From Octopus vulgaris (lineage: Eukaryota), in assembly GCA_951406725.2 (NCBI GenBank), contig OX597819.1:93930001-93994000 (forward strand): a stretch of 64,000 nucleotides of DNA. The letters are read 5' to 3'. The notes below the pieces were generated by a model. The model saw nothing but the letters and a program-made list of their open reading frames with translations. It did not search any database and was not told the DNA's origin. How positions within the stretch are numbered: the stretch's first letter is position 1; each line of letters starts with the position of its first letter. The position numbers and the translations under genes were made by a program. Positions 1 to 13,274 of this stretch are shown here, piece by piece.

Positions 1-30
1 GATGATGATGATGATGATGATGACGATGAT

Positions 31-328
31 GGACTCTCCCATTGAAGAGGACAAATGAGTGTTCAGCTTTTGCCAAACGACCTACGAAAATGATTTGTTT
101 ATAGTGATCAAATGTTCATGCTTCATATTAGTTCCCTCTCTCCATCAAATCAACATTGTCTGAATAGGTGCACTGTGTGTCACACATCAGATGTCGAAGT
201 GATCGCCGAGCAATGTTAGACGAAGTGTTTCAGTCAAGAACACAATGCACCACCTGGCCTAGGAATTGAAATCACAATCACTCAATCATGATTCCAATAC
301 CCTAACTACAAGGCCATGCACCCTCACA
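31..328 (-). mobile_element. tRNA-derived SINE (family also at 37586-37862)
   Basis: Minus-strand tRNA-like head (gtgcatggccttgtagttaggg...gatttcaattcc) followed by gtgttcttgactgaaacact; homologous to 37586-37862 and the head of 22117-22412. Confidence 0.65.
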
Positions 329-516
329 TATGTATACATGTGTGTATGTGTGTATATATATATATATCCTTCTCCCTCTTCTCTTTCTGTATGCTACCTT
401 TGACATTATATCTACTAAAAGTTTTTTTAAAAACAAATTAATAGCGTTTCCTTCATCAATATACACAGTCATCACATCCTGTTAAAATGTCTTATTGATG
501 TGTTTGGTTTCTTTAT

Positions 517-603
517 TTCCCTGATGAGAAGATTGCATTGTTTTACACCATTTTATTCCTTCTGGAATAATACCAATGTTGTCTTCGAAAAAATACGTCG
601 GAA
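517..603 (+). ncRNA. Type I hammerhead ribozyme motif with long stem II (PLE pLTR-like repeat, ~370-650)
   Basis: TTCC-CTGATGA-GAAGA...TCTTC-GAAA-aaatac-GTC-GGAA. Stem I is TTCC/GGAA, stem II is GAAGA/TCTTC extended by cattg/caatg, and the triplet GUC is at 597-599. Stem III is imperfect. Confidence 0.7.
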
Positions 604-649
604 GTAAAAGAATTTGAATAACACCTGCGTTTAACTCCATTTATTTATT

Positions 650-720
<71 letters not shown>

Positions 721-725
<5 letters not shown>

Positions 726-1873
726 GGTCATCCTATAAATAATGCAGTTTTTTTATACTTCTTTTATTTTTCAAAATTAAGATAAACAAAGTTATTTATT
801 AATCTAAAATATACTCTCCTTCATTTTCTACATCTATCTGGTAGACTTCCAAAATTCACTTGTCCATGATGAAAAATATTCCTACAGTACTGTTCTGAGC
901 TCATCTACAGAATTCATATTTTTTCATCCAAATGATTTTGAAGACTGTGGAATAAATGATAATCAGAAGGGGCAATATCCATCAAATTGGATGGATGGGG
1001 TATCATTTCCCATTCAAACTGCTCCAGCCTTTGGAATGTCATTTTCGCTGTATGTTGCCGAGCATTATCCTGATGGAAGAACACCTTTCGTCTTGAAACC
1101 AAAGAGGGTCCTTTTTCTTCTAGTGCTGGCTTAAACAGCTCAGGTTGCTCATGGTAGATCTCCTTAGCTATCACTAGGTTTGAGTTTAAAAGTTCAAATT
1201 GAACTAAACCTTTTCATATCCCACCAAACAAATAACACCTTACATGGCGGAAGACCTTCTTTAGCCTGGGTTGCCAGTGTTTCTCCTTTCCCAACCCACT
1301 GTCCTCAGCACCTGACATTTTTATACAGAACCCATTTCTTGTCACCAGTTACAATTCAGTCCAAAAAAGGCTCATTCATGAGACATGACAGCAAAAACAA
1401 GCAAACATGCACTTTCTACATGTGATTAAACTCAGAAGATTTGTGAGGAACCCACTGACCCAATTTGCTGTCTTTTCCAATGGCACATAGGTGCCAATGG
1501 ATGGTTGAATGACCAAATCCAACTGTAGTTTCCAGCTCAGAATTTCTGGAACCAACGTTGATACTGGCTTATGCTTATTATCTGATCCCCATATATTGCA
1601 TTTATATTATTCACACTTTTTGTTGTATTATTGCCTTTATTGAACTCATAAAGCAAAACAGTTTGAATATGCTCCTTCATCACTTCCATTATAGCTTTGA
1701 AAAATAACTGATAAAATCGAACTGCACTCTTTAAAAGTTGCACTTAGAATAAGGACAAGGTAAAATTAATAGCTGCTTTTGTAGCAAGTTGATGCAGGTA
1801 GTTTATCCCATCCCCCTCCAACTTTTAGTTCATGCAATTGAAATAAATGCATTATTTATGGGATGACCCAATA
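721..1873 (-). mobile_element. Mariner (DD34D) transposon relic with TIRs, inserted in (TA)n
   Basis: TIRs tagttggtcatcctataaataatgca (721) and tgcattatttatgggatgacccaata (to 1873). Minus-strand motifs LGQWVPH, IVTGDKKWVLY, FFHQDNARQH and DIAPSDYHLF, with frameshifts and deletions. Confidence 0.93.
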
Positions 1874-2197
1874 TATATATATGGTGCCCCAGCATGGCCA
1901 CAGCTCGTGAGCTGAAACTAGATAAAGTGATAAAATGTAAAATGGAAATGATATATATATATGTATATATCATGCCAGCATGGAAAGCGGACGCTAAACG
2001 ATGATGATGATTATGATGATATATAGATATATATATATATATAGAATATGAGGGGTTTAGTTTACTGGTGATGTAAACGAATAGGTAAGCAGTGTAAGTG
2101 CTATAATTGATCATCCGTTAGGTTCCAAGCTCACAGCTGAGGCTGGAGCTAGGGATCCACAGTAGACTTCTGAGGTAGCAGGTTGTTCTATTCCTCT

Positions 2198-2245
<48 letters not shown>

Positions 2246-4738
2246 TACACACATGCATACATGCATACATTCATACATACATACATACATACATGTTTGC
2301 ATGTATATGTATTGACATTCTGTCTATTTCTTATGGTACAATCGTTAAAGAAAATAATTTTACAAAAGCATATTATTGATTTTCATGTAAGGTAGGCAAA
2401 CCAAGGAAAGCAATTTTCCTTTCAGGGTTGAGTGGTTAGCATTAGATGTATAGTACAAAACAGCCATAGCTAGGTTTGTAACTAATGACCTTAATGTACA
2501 TATAGTACTGCATTTTAAGTTCCTACTAACTATATAACTTATAAGTTATTGTTGAGTTATAATTCTGTTCTATTTTGTTTGTATTTTTATCTTGTATTTT
2601 TTTTACAATTATTAACTTGGTTATTGATTTCTAGTATTTAGTTATGGTTTTATTAACTTTGTAGAGAATGAAAGTACATATAAGATGTGACAGGTATCAA
2701 CTTTCAAAAACCATAAGATATCAAACAAAGACTTAAACCCATTATTCCATTGAATCATTTCTTTCCAACCCAGAATATTATAAAGTTATATGCTGTATGG
2801 GATAAAAAGATATCAATTTAAATCTGGATAACTTTAAGAGGGAGTCAAAAAAAGTGCAGAAGCATTTCTTTACAGAACAGAAAATAGTTTAAATCTAAAA
2901 TGCCACACCATTTTGAGAATGTTTCAGAAATGATCGATGTACGAATATTACGGCTTTCTTTGTTTTGTAGTTTTGTTTTTGTTTAGATCATTTTTTAAAT
3001 TGTCCCCCTTTTTTCCCTTTTCTGGTTTTTTCTTCTCATTCTCTGGCATTTTTCAAATAATTGCAACTTTTAATATATGCAGCTCAGCTATTTCTTGTGA
3101 TTTTCTTTATCACAAATCACTTTGTATTCTACACTTGTTTGTTTTCCATGTACTTTACATTATTCTACTTTTCTATGGTTTTTAAGTTTTAAATTTACCA
3201 TAGTTTTCTTTAGCTTTTTCTCTATCCTTTATTCAAATGAAAAAAAAGAACAATAAACTATATATTAACATAAATTACATGTCAGTCAAATAAATCAACA
3301 CATCAAAATACATACAAATTAGTTGAAAAGTATTGACTTCAAAATATAACAAAATTATATAATTCTCAAAATATAATTAACCAGTGAATTTTTCTTGTTT
3401 TTTTTTCTGGTTAAAATTAAAAGTGATCACATTTTCAGAGGTGAGGAAAAAATTTAGGAAAAAAGTGAAAAATTTTTTTCTCTTAGCTGAGAAGTCTAAA
3501 GACATATACAATAATAACAACAACAACAACAGTGACTGTGATAATTGCATCAACAGAAGTAAAAATATTACAAATGAATATAAAGAAATGATTATTCAGT
3601 TTCTTTTTCTATTTTTTTTAACGTTAAACATATTAAGACATACAGTGATTAATTCAATAATTACAAATTTTAGTTTTGTTGGGGTTCCTTAGATTATTTT
3701 TCCACGATTAATAATTATTTATTAGTTTTCACTCTTTTAATCTGTCTTTTGTGCATTAGTAGACACCTTGTTTTCTCTTTAATTTAATTAGTATAATCTA
3801 TTCCATAAATATATATTTTTTTTTTATTTAAAAGTTTTGCATTTAACTCTTTATCTACCTTGGTGGTATTTTATAGTTTACACTCTGCCTAAAGAAAATT
3901 ATTTTTCATTTAATTGGTTTTTCATTGTTGTTGCTCGTAGTGATTTCTCATTTTTTTTGTTTTTTTTTCTGTCTTCATGTTACATCTGATTGGCAAAGAC
4001 GCTTTCATGACAATTAAGCTTTTAGATTGGATAAATAAATACCTAAAATGAATAGACAAATGATAACTTGAATTTTAAAAATAATTGGGTTAAAAAATAC
4101 AGAAGCCACATAAAAAGAATTAATCTTAGAAGTATTGTTTGAGAATTTCTTGTCTATAAACTAACTACATGTGATACATTTATGCATGTATATAACCCAG
4201 AGTTAGTGTTCTACTTTTCAATTGAAATTAAAATATCATACTCTAGTTTGTTCTTTTCTCTAAATTGAGTTTCTTTCTTATAAAAGCACAACCAATATCA
4301 TTTATAGTCAGATATATGTATGCATATATGCTTGTATGAGTTTAAACAAATCAAGCAAAATTGAACTCAACAAAAGAATGTGATTTAATAATGTAGAGAA
4401 ACATATCCATATTGAACAGCAGGTTTATCCTTCAGTTAGATAACAGCTAAAATTTTTCATCTTTTCCAAATCTTCAGGTGATGAATAAAATCCAATTTTT
4501 TCTAGCATGTAATATGAAAGGCAAACTGGATATGTTACCTGTGGATCTACAAATAGTGGAACTTTTAGTTGTAATATAACTTAAAGATAAGCCAGCTATT
4601 AAATTATGTATATATATATATGTATATGTGTGTGTGTATGTGTGCATGCATGTGTGTGTGAGTGTATGTATATATAAATGTATGTATATATATATGAGTG
4701 TATATATATATATTTATGTGTATATATATATGTATATA

Positions 4739-4780
<42 letters not shown>

Positions 4781-4789
4781 CACCACTAC

Positions 4790-5028
4790 TTTATTATCTC
4801 CCCTTCTTCCTAGCTTCCTGTGTGACCCTTCTGTCCGGCATTCACCATGATAGATCGCTAGCCACTACACATCCTTAATTTTCTCTCTTTGTTTCTTTCT
4901 GTGTTGTTTTCTGTGGAAGAGCGTTGGCTTGAAACGTTAAAAACTGTTTCACTTCCCGAGCGTTAAACTAATACATCTGTTTGTTATCTACACCACTGGT
5001 CTTTGTCTTTTGTTTTTTGCGAATTCCC

Positions 5029-5030
<2 letters not shown>
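4790..5030 (+). mobile_element. Short PLE-pLTR-like repeat with variant hammerhead at 4907-4942 (inverted copy at 23680-23865)
   Basis: TTTT-CTGTGGA-a-GAGC-gttg-GCTT-GAAACGTT-AAAA; 3' end abuts (TA)n; clearly homologous to the reverse complement of 23680-23865. Confidence 0.65.
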
Positions 5031-5069
<39 letters not shown>

Positions 5070-5122
5070 TGTATGTATGTATGTATGTATTCAAACATTT
5101 ATTATTTGTTGTTATTTTTTAG

Positions 5123-5335
5123 GAGCCCTTGCTGAAAGTCTCCTTGTTGATATCTTGGGAGAAAAGCGCTTGTCTGCACCGCAGCTCACATGCACTCACA
5201 ATGAATGTGATGCACATCTTAGTCATTTCTCACATTCTGAACAAGAGGTGACAGACAGTGGTGAAAGTGACATAGAAGGAGAGTGGAGAGAAGAAACAGT
5301 TATACCAAACAAGTGGACAAAATTCATGAAAAATG
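5123..5335 (+). CDS. Cav3: Cav3 T-type calcium channel alpha1, exon encoding distal I-II linker (213 nt, phase 1-1)
   Basis: Acceptor ttatttttt-AG at 5121-5122 and donor G|gtaagt at 5336. Open frame (x)ALAESLLVDILGEKRLSAPQLTCTHNECDAHLSHFSHSEQEVTDSGESDIEGEWREETVIPNKWTKFMKN. The phase-1 end joins the IIS1 exon in frame. The acidic DSGESD patch resembles the DSDSE segment before domain II in Cav3 channels. Confidence 0.8.
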
Positions 5336-5469
5336 GTAAGTGGAGCTTTTATTTAATGTATTGCTAAAATTAATTTATTAAGCTTGATTAAGAATATTTC
5401 ACACAAGACTGAGATTCTTTAATAAAGTGTCAAGTCTTGAGTATTTTTCTTTTGTTTTTCTTTCTTCTT

Positions 5470-5565
5470 GGTGGTGGTGGTGGTGGTGGTGGTGGTGAGG
5501 AGGAGGGGGAGGGGAGGAGGGGAGGGGAGGAGGGGAGGGGAGGAGGGGAGGGGAGGAGGGGAGGA
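5470..5565 (+). repeat. (GGT)n followed by (GGGGA/GGA)n G-rich tract; G-quadruplex potential
   Basis: More than eight G4-G5 runs separated by 1-4 nt, starting about 135 nt downstream of the 5336 donor. Confidence 0.75.
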
Positions 5566-6652
5566 GAGCTGCCACTACTAATTTAGGATCACATGGTCAA
5601 AAAATTTGAGAAGAGACTAGGCAGAACCATCAGTCCCAGTACTTAATTGACCCCTGGAGGGATGAAATGCAAAGTTGACTCAAGTGGAATTTGAACTTAG
5701 AATGTAAAGAAGAACCTAATCAAGAACTGCAAAGTACTTTCCCCAATGCTTTAATAATTCTGATAGCTCAGGGCTATCATTACTCAGAGTAGTAACACTA
5801 CTTACAATCAAGTTCAAATTCATCAACTATCTACTTTTCCCTACTGTGTACCAGTGACTGTGTGCCTGCATTAAAACTGAGTTGGCTATAGCTAAATTGG
5901 TAGTGCTGCTAGACTAAATGCCATCAGTATTTAGGTAAGTTATTTTATGTTCTAAAGTGAATTTGTGTGGTTGACTCTGGCAGTCAAGTACTGAAGTTAA
6001 TTAGATTGACTATACCGTCCCCTAAAATTTGTGACCATGTACTTATGTCGAAAATCATTATTACAAATTAAGATGGATACATGTGTGCATGCGTGTATAA
6101 ATATATATATATATATGCGTATATATATATATAGATATATATATAGATATATAGATATATAGATATATATAAATATATATGCATGTATATATGTATATAT
6201 AGAGAGTGAAACTGAAAGGGAGAGAGAGAGAGATTTATATATATATATATATACGTGTATATATGTATATAGAGAGAGTGAAAGAGAAAGGGAGAGAGAG
6301 AGAGAGATTTGTATGTATACGTTTATATATATATAGGTTTGTATATATGTATATATGAGTGATTGCTATATTTCTGTTTCCAATGTAAAGAACTGCAGCC
6401 TAAAGTAAAAGTACTAGACATATAAAGTAAAGTGAAAATATTTTCTTATATTAAATTAATGACTATTTCAGGTCTAGTTCTGTAGTACTTTTAAAGAGAA
6501 GGAACCGAAACTAATCATTAATTTAACAAATTAATTTGAATGTGTATGCATGTGTACATACACATGCACACGTATATATAAATAAATATATATATATATA
6601 TGTATGTATGTATGTATATTGCTTCAATTTACATACCTTTTGTCAAACCAAA

Positions 6653-6653
6653 G

Positions 6654-6705
<52 letters not shown>

Positions 6706-7146
6706 TTCATCATCATCATCATCATCATCATCATCTTCATCATCCTTCAACATCCATGGTGACATGGGTTGGCTGGTTTGACCAGAGCTAGCAAGCCAGA
6801 GAGCTGCACCAGGTTCCAGTCTGATTTAGCCTGGTTTCTACGGATGGATGCCCTTCCTAATACCAAGCACTTCACAGTGTAAGCTGGGTTCTTATACATG
6901 GCACCAACACAAGGGCTTTTTGCACAGGACTTCTGCACAGGACTTCTGCATGCCAACCCTCTTCACCAGGGGATGTGACCTTAAGCGCTTCCATTGTGGA
7001 GGACAGATTTTCTTGAGTACTGGAAGGTGCCAGGTATCTCAGAGCATTGTCATCTTGTCTGGAAGCTTCAACATTCTTAAGTCATCCTTCAGTACTTCAT
7101 CCCATATCTCTCTGGATCTCTCTCTTTCTTCAGTTCCAGCTACTTT
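6653..7146 (-). mobile_element. RTE-clade LINE 3' fragment with (GAT)n tail
   Basis: Minus-strand KVAGTEERERSREIWDEVLKDDLRMLKLPDKMT matches the RTE C-terminus (GRPRKTWxEVxxxDL), followed by the family 3' UTR and a (CAT)n tract at 6653-6744. Confidence 0.75.
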
Positions 7147-7541
7147 GAGTGACCAGCATGTGTGTGTGTGTGCATGCATGTATGTGTGTGTGTGTGTATC
7201 TGGGTGTGTGTTTGTTTGTACACATGCGCATGCATATCCTTGCCTTGATATTATGTGTCACCACCATAACAATTATGTCGTTCATTTCCAATGTTCTGTG
7301 GAGCTCTATGGGAAAAATATGTCTGGTCATAGAAAAATATTCCTTTGCTCAGAAACAGGTGTATGTTAGTTACAAGGTGTACATCCTGCCTTAGAAAGTT
7401 TACCTTAACTAATTCTATCTGATCCATGCATGCAGGAAAAATGGATGTTAAAACAATGACAATGATGCTTATGGGCCACACATAAACACATATATATAGA
7501 CACACACACAACACACACACACACACACATGAACATATATA

Positions 7542-7966
7542 GGCATGGGAGTGGCTGTGTGGTAAGTAGCACGCTTATGAACCACATGGTTCCTGGTTCA
7601 GTCCCACTACATGGCACCTTAGGCAAGTGTCTTTTACTATAGCCTCGGGCTGACCAAAGCCTTGTGAGTGGATTTGGTAGACAAAAACTGAAAGAAGCCC
7701 GTCATATATATGTATATATATATAAGTATGTGTGTGTGTATATGTTTGTGTGTCTGTGTTTGTCCCCCCCACACACACACACACATCGCTTGACAACCAA
7801 TGCTGGTGTGTTTATGTCCCAGTAACTTAGTGGTTTGGCAAAAGAGACCGATAGAATAAGTACTAAGCTTCCAAAGAATAAGTCCAGGGGTCGATTTGCT
7901 CGACTAAAGGCAGTGCTCCAGCATGGCCACAGTCAAATGACTGAAACAAGTAAAAGAGTAAAAGAG
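7542..7966 (+). mobile_element. tRNA-derived SINE family B, full length
   Basis: Head gagtggctgtgtggtaag...ggttcagtccc, then ccttaggcaagtgtct, an internal (TA/TG)n and the tail gaaacaagtaaaagagtaaaagag. More than 10 copies or fragments in the window. Confidence 0.85.
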
Positions 7967-8790
7967 TATATGTGTGTGTGTATGTCTATGAATATATGTA
8001 CACATATTTTTACAAAAAGATTAACAGTAGCTTTAAAGCTTTGACTAAATCTCACTAAGATTTCGAACTTTATATATAGCTTTTGGAAGGTGAAGTTGGG
8101 GTGCTTATTAAGCAGTAGTGGAGCTATGTATATGACAATTAGATGTAATATAAATCTCTAAGGATACAGTAGAAAAATTTTTTGTAGGAAGAGAAGAGAA
8201 AAGTAAATGTTTATAAGGTTTGGTTGAGAAGGAAGTAATAGTAGAGGCAATTCTTCTGGTTTGGCTAAATAAACTAATCAGCTGCTAACTGATTGGATGT
8301 GAAAGAATTTAATTTGTTTATAAGTTATTGTTTGAGTCCAGTCATGCAAATATGTAAAGTTAAGTTGCCAGAAGTCAGGCTTATATAAGAATTTATGTCG
8401 CAAACAGACCACATTCAGGTTATGGTTTGTAAAAGAGATTTTTCTAAGGGTTACCCAGAAATTTACATACATATCATCATCATCGCCATCATCATCATCA
8501 TCATCATAATTTAACGACAATTGTCCATGCTGGCATGGGTTGGACGCTTTGACCAGGGCTGGCAAGCTGGAAGGTTGCACCAGACCCCAGTCTGTTTTGG
8601 CATCGTTTCTACTACTGAATGCCCTTCCTAATGCCAACCACTCCAAAAGTATAATGTTTCATCTGTCTTTACATTCTGAGTTCAAATTCCACTGGTGTCC
8701 TTCCTGTTGCCAATCCGTACTTGTTTCCAAGTAATGTAATATTTCCCCATGACCAGACATGATTTCACTGAAGATTGAGAATGAAGGGCA

Positions 8791-8930
8791 CCAGAATAAA
8801 GAGTAGAATTATCAGCATAAACGTTGATGAATTGAAGAACATTGGCTGGAAGATCATTGGTGTAGAGTAGAAAGAGAAGTGGACCAAGAATAGAGCCTTG
8901 AGAAACACCAGCATTAATAGAATACACAGA
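8791..8930 (-). mobile_element. Non-LTR retrotransposon RT fragment (CR1/L2/Crack-like)
   Basis: VYSINAGVSQGSILGPLLFLLYTNDLP...VYADNSTLY corresponds to RT motifs GVPQGSxLGPxLF and YADD. Confidence 0.85.
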
Positions 8931-9010
8931 AATAGCACTGCCCAGAATCACACACAAACAATAACCAAAAAGGAATGACCTGATAACATCATACATACAT
9001 ACATACATAC

Positions 9011-9128
9011 ATCACTGTAACTAAAAATCTGTAAAACTTACCAGAAGTTTATCATTTAATTATATATGAGCATATCCTAGATATGTAACTCTGTGCATGA
9101 GAATACATACATAAACATAATAATCTGC
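9011..9128 (+). mobile_element. 3' end of RLE-type (R4-like) LINE embedded in (CATA)n
   Basis: ITVT/KICKTYQKFII* plus 3' UTR, homologous to the minus-strand copy at 53027-53357; flanked on both sides by (CATA)n. Confidence 0.65.
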
Positions 9129-9193
9129 ACATACATACATACATACATACATACATACATACATACATACATACATACATACATACATACATA

Positions 9194-9600
9194 CAGGAGT
9201 TACTGTGTGGTAAATAGCTTGCTTACCAAACATATAGTTCCAGGTTCATTCCCACTGTGTGGCACCTTGGGCAAGTCTTCTATTATAATCTCAGGCCGAC
9301 CAAAGCCTTGTGAGTGGATTTGGGAGACAGAAAGTGAAAGAGGCCCATCGTATATATGTATATATATGTGTGTATGTGTGTGTATATGTTTGTGTGTCTG
9401 TGTTTGTCCCCCCACAACATCGCTTGACAACCAATGGTGGAGTGTTTACATCCCCGTAACTTAGTAGTTCAGCAAAAGAGACTGATAGAATAAGTACTAG
9501 GCTTCCAAAGAATAAGTCCTGGGGTTGATTTGCTCAACTAAAGCCAGTGCTCCAGCATGGCCACAGTCAAATGACTGAAACAAGTAAAAGAGTAAAAGAG
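9194..9600 (+). mobile_element. SINE family B
   Basis: Collinear with 7542-7966. Confidence 0.85.
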
Positions 9601-10454
9601 TATATGTACGTACGTACGTACGTACGTAGTACATACATACATGCATACATACATACATACATACATACATACATACATACATACATACATACATACATAC
9701 ATACATACATACATACATACATACATGCATGCATATATGTCTGTGTATGTTTATGTATATAAGGCTTCTTTCACTTTTCATCCACCAACTCCATGTAGAA
9801 GTCTTTTGTTGGCTCATGCTATAATAGAAGGTACTGTCTCAAAATGTCATGCAGTGGGACTGAACCCCAATCCAAGTGGTTGGAAAGCAAACTCCTCACC
9901 ACACAGCAATGCCTGCACCTACGGGTTAAACTAGCAATTAATCTTTTAACAAGTTTCAGTACATAGACATGTAGCCTCACTAGTGTGGAGCCTTCTGTGA
10001 TGGTGTTGCCTCTATTAGCAGCAATACTTTGCCTGATATTTGTTAAATTGATGCCAAAATTATTTATAAGATAGCAAAATATACTTGGATAATATTAGAA
10101 ACAGGAATAAAATAGAGATGAATTAGAGAGTAAATATATCAAAAGGGGTTTATTAATAACAACTTATAAAGGACATTCAAAAGACAAATAAAATTTTCGG
10201 TAAATTTTGATTTTTTTTTGAAAACCTATAAGAGCATTTAATGTACTTCTACGAGTTTGATCAGAAGAGGAGTCAAGAAATTCAAAGATAATTGCTTCTG
10301 GCACTTCCAGAATGCAATTAATAAATGGCTGAACTGCACCTGTTTTCTGACATAATTGACATTTCATGCCTCAGTGCAATGTCATTTGTGTGCTACACAT
10401 TAGTTTTTATTGCCACTTGCATGCTCACAAACGAAGACATAATGTATAGCCTCC

Positions 10455-10539
<85 letters not shown>

Positions 10540-10892
10540 ACAAACACATATATACATATTACATGTATAGATAGATAAATAGATATACACACATATATAT
10601 GCACACAGAAATATATATATATATATTTACGTATGTATATAAATACATATATACATACATATCTGTAAGTATATGATTATATGTGTATGTATATATATGT
10701 GTATGCATCTATATCTGTCAAGCTTGTGAATGACATATAGTACTCGCATTTGAAAAACCAATGAAAATATTGTTCACTTGATTTGAGCAGAAGATCCATA
10801 TAATCAGATACATTCACACACACATACACACACACATACACACACACACACATATATGTATGTGTGTATATATATGTGTGTGTGTGTATATA

Positions 10893-11083
10893 TCATCATC
10901 ATCATCATCATCATTTAGCGTCCGCTTTCCATGCTAGCATGGGTTGGACGGGTCAACTGGGGTCTGTGAAGCTGGAAGGCTTCGTCAGGCCCAGTCAGAT
11001 CTGGCAGTGTTTCTACGGCTGGATGCCCTTCCTAACGCCAACCACTCCGCGAGTGTAGTGGGTGTTTTTTACGTGCCACCTGC
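10893..11083 (-). mobile_element. RTE 3' UTR fragment with (GAT)n tail
   Basis: (CAT)n-tttagcgtccgctttccatgctagcatgggttggacgg... Other copies at 8473-8650(-), 11755-11950(+), 21385-21520(-), 52894-53022(+), 53900-54092(+), 58670-58820(+). Confidence 0.8.
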
Positions 11084-11197
11084 ATATAGTATATCATATA
11101 TGAATGTTAAAATGAGGCTATTTATTTTAATGTAAGTTTAAAAATAGTGACAGAACTTTCATAAATGGTGTGACTCAATACTGAGAGTTGAGCAAAA

Positions 11198-11568
11198 TCT
11201 CTCTATATATAAACGGCAGTTTGTCTGTGCATGTTTCTGCGTGTCTGTTTGCTTGTACCCTCACCCTGACCACGGCTTTCAACCGATTCTGATGAAACTT
11301 GACACACACATAGCCCAATGTCATAATTCAAAACTAACGCAGCGAAAATTTTGAAAAGTTCCCCCAGTTCTGAAAAAAATCGATAAAATCGACATGGGGT
11401 CGAGAATCAGAAACAAACCACAGACTGTCTAGGGGACGCAACTCAACCTTTTTTAACTCAAAAAAAAATTTACCATCATTTTTTTGCTATTTTTTGGCTA
11501 TAACTCTCTAAAAATGCTTTATAGTTATTTCCCTTACAAACCTGAGCAACGCCGGGCGATACTGCTAG
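11198..11568 (+). mobile_element. Non-autonomous Helitron (371 bp)
   Basis: A|TC 5' end (TCTCTCTATATATAAACGG), CTAG|T 3' end, subterminal hairpin cctgagcaacgccggg (11541-11556), no TSD, and an internal tgtctg repeat. Confidence 0.85.
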
Positions 11569-11944
11569 TTTATCATAAAATCCATTTTGACTGAGATTTT
11601 CTGTCAACCAGAGGAGAAGGATCCACTTCTGAAGTTTATACATAAAAGCAAAAAGTATGGTACATTAAAGCAAGGTATTAGTAATTTAGTTAGTAATTTA
11701 CATTTGTGGTTGAATCTATAATGAAAGTAATTTTTAGGCATCCATACTGGTGACATGTTAAATGCACTTGTGTCAGTGACACATGAAAGGCACCCTGTAC
11801 ACTTTGTGGAGTAGATGGCATTAGAAAGGGCATGCAGCCATAGAATCCAAGCCGAAACAGACTGGAGCCTGGTGTAGCTCTCCAGCTTACCAGTTCCAGT
11901 CAAACCATCTGACCTCCATGCCAGCATGGAAAACAGACACTAAA

Positions 11945-11965
11945 TGATGATGATGGGGATGATGC

Positions 11966-12046
<81 letters not shown>

Positions 12047-12078
12047 ATGATGATGATGGTGATTTATGATGATGATGG

Positions 12079-12114
<36 letters not shown>

Positions 12115-12190
12115 ATGATGATGATGATGATGATTTATGGTGATGATGATGATTTATGATGAGGATGAGGATGATGGTGGTGGTGGTGGT
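11945..12190. repeat. (GAT/GCT/GGT)n microsatellite
   Basis: Direct reading; expanded RTE tail. Confidence 0.95.
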
Positions 12191-13274
12191 TGAATTCTGG
12201 TATGTCTGAATGGCTTAAAACTTATGCCCTTAAAACACATGCTTACATACATGCTTATACATACAAGCAAACACATGTAACACTTATAGTGATATTTAAG
12301 TTTCCAGACTGATAGAATAAGTACTAGAATTTTTTAAAAAATATGTACTGGGAGTAATTAGTTCAACTAAACTCTCAGAGCAGAGCCCCAGCATGGCTGC
12401 AGTCTAATGACTGAAACAAGTAAAAGATAAATGGTAAATGGTAAAAGATAAAAGACACCATGCATAATAAAGTGTTAATATATATTTTAAATTAATGCAT
12501 AATGCATTTTTGAAAAAGCCATAAATTTAAATCATTTTTATTAGGCTTTTAATACAAGTTATGTTGACAACCAACACACATTCACATAAACTTAAACAAA
12601 CTACCACACCTATACACAACCAACTCTCTTTATGTATCTCCACATGCAATTCAGTTCACTCGTTAACACTTTTTGAAAATAAAACTCTTTTAGTATTCAG
12701 TTTAATTAGTTCATTTATTAATAGATTGAATACCTTCCTGGTTCATTACCATATTTGACTCATTACTGACCTGTATTTATTTAACATTTTTATTCTTTTT
12801 AATTCATTCACTGTCCTTTATTTATCATTTAATGTTTTTTTTTCACTTTCTATCCTTTACTTATTTAACTAGTCTAAGTATATTCTACATATTTTTTATA
12901 TATTTTACATATTGTTTTTCTTTTCCTTCCTCACCTTCTAATGTTCCTTCATCCATCTACTTTCTGGTATCTATCTATCATTTGATATATTTATTGAGTT
13001 TTGGACTGCATGCACGCACACACACACACACAGCTATGCCATTGCTTTGGTATTATGGCTAACACATCCAAATGGTTTACACTAAAATGGTATTCAACTC
13101 TTGCATGCAATGTAACTAATTTTTATCTTCTCTACTGTATAACTCATCTCTCCACTAACAAACATCATCCTCAGCATTCTAGTTCCTTTGGACTTACAGA
13201 GCTTATGTGTAAGAGAGTATATCAGTCCACTGTCATCCCACTACCTGATATACCATGACTACCTGACATATATT

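Noticed and set aside
5926-5941. ttAG|GTAAGT as a recursive splice site
   Set aside because: No polypyrimidine tract, it lies in a SINE relic, and it is only 0.6 kb from the upstream donor.
13060-13260. LACNVTNFYLLYC resembling the start of a PLE GIY-YIG domain
   Set aside because: Too short and degenerate; no YIG motif follows.
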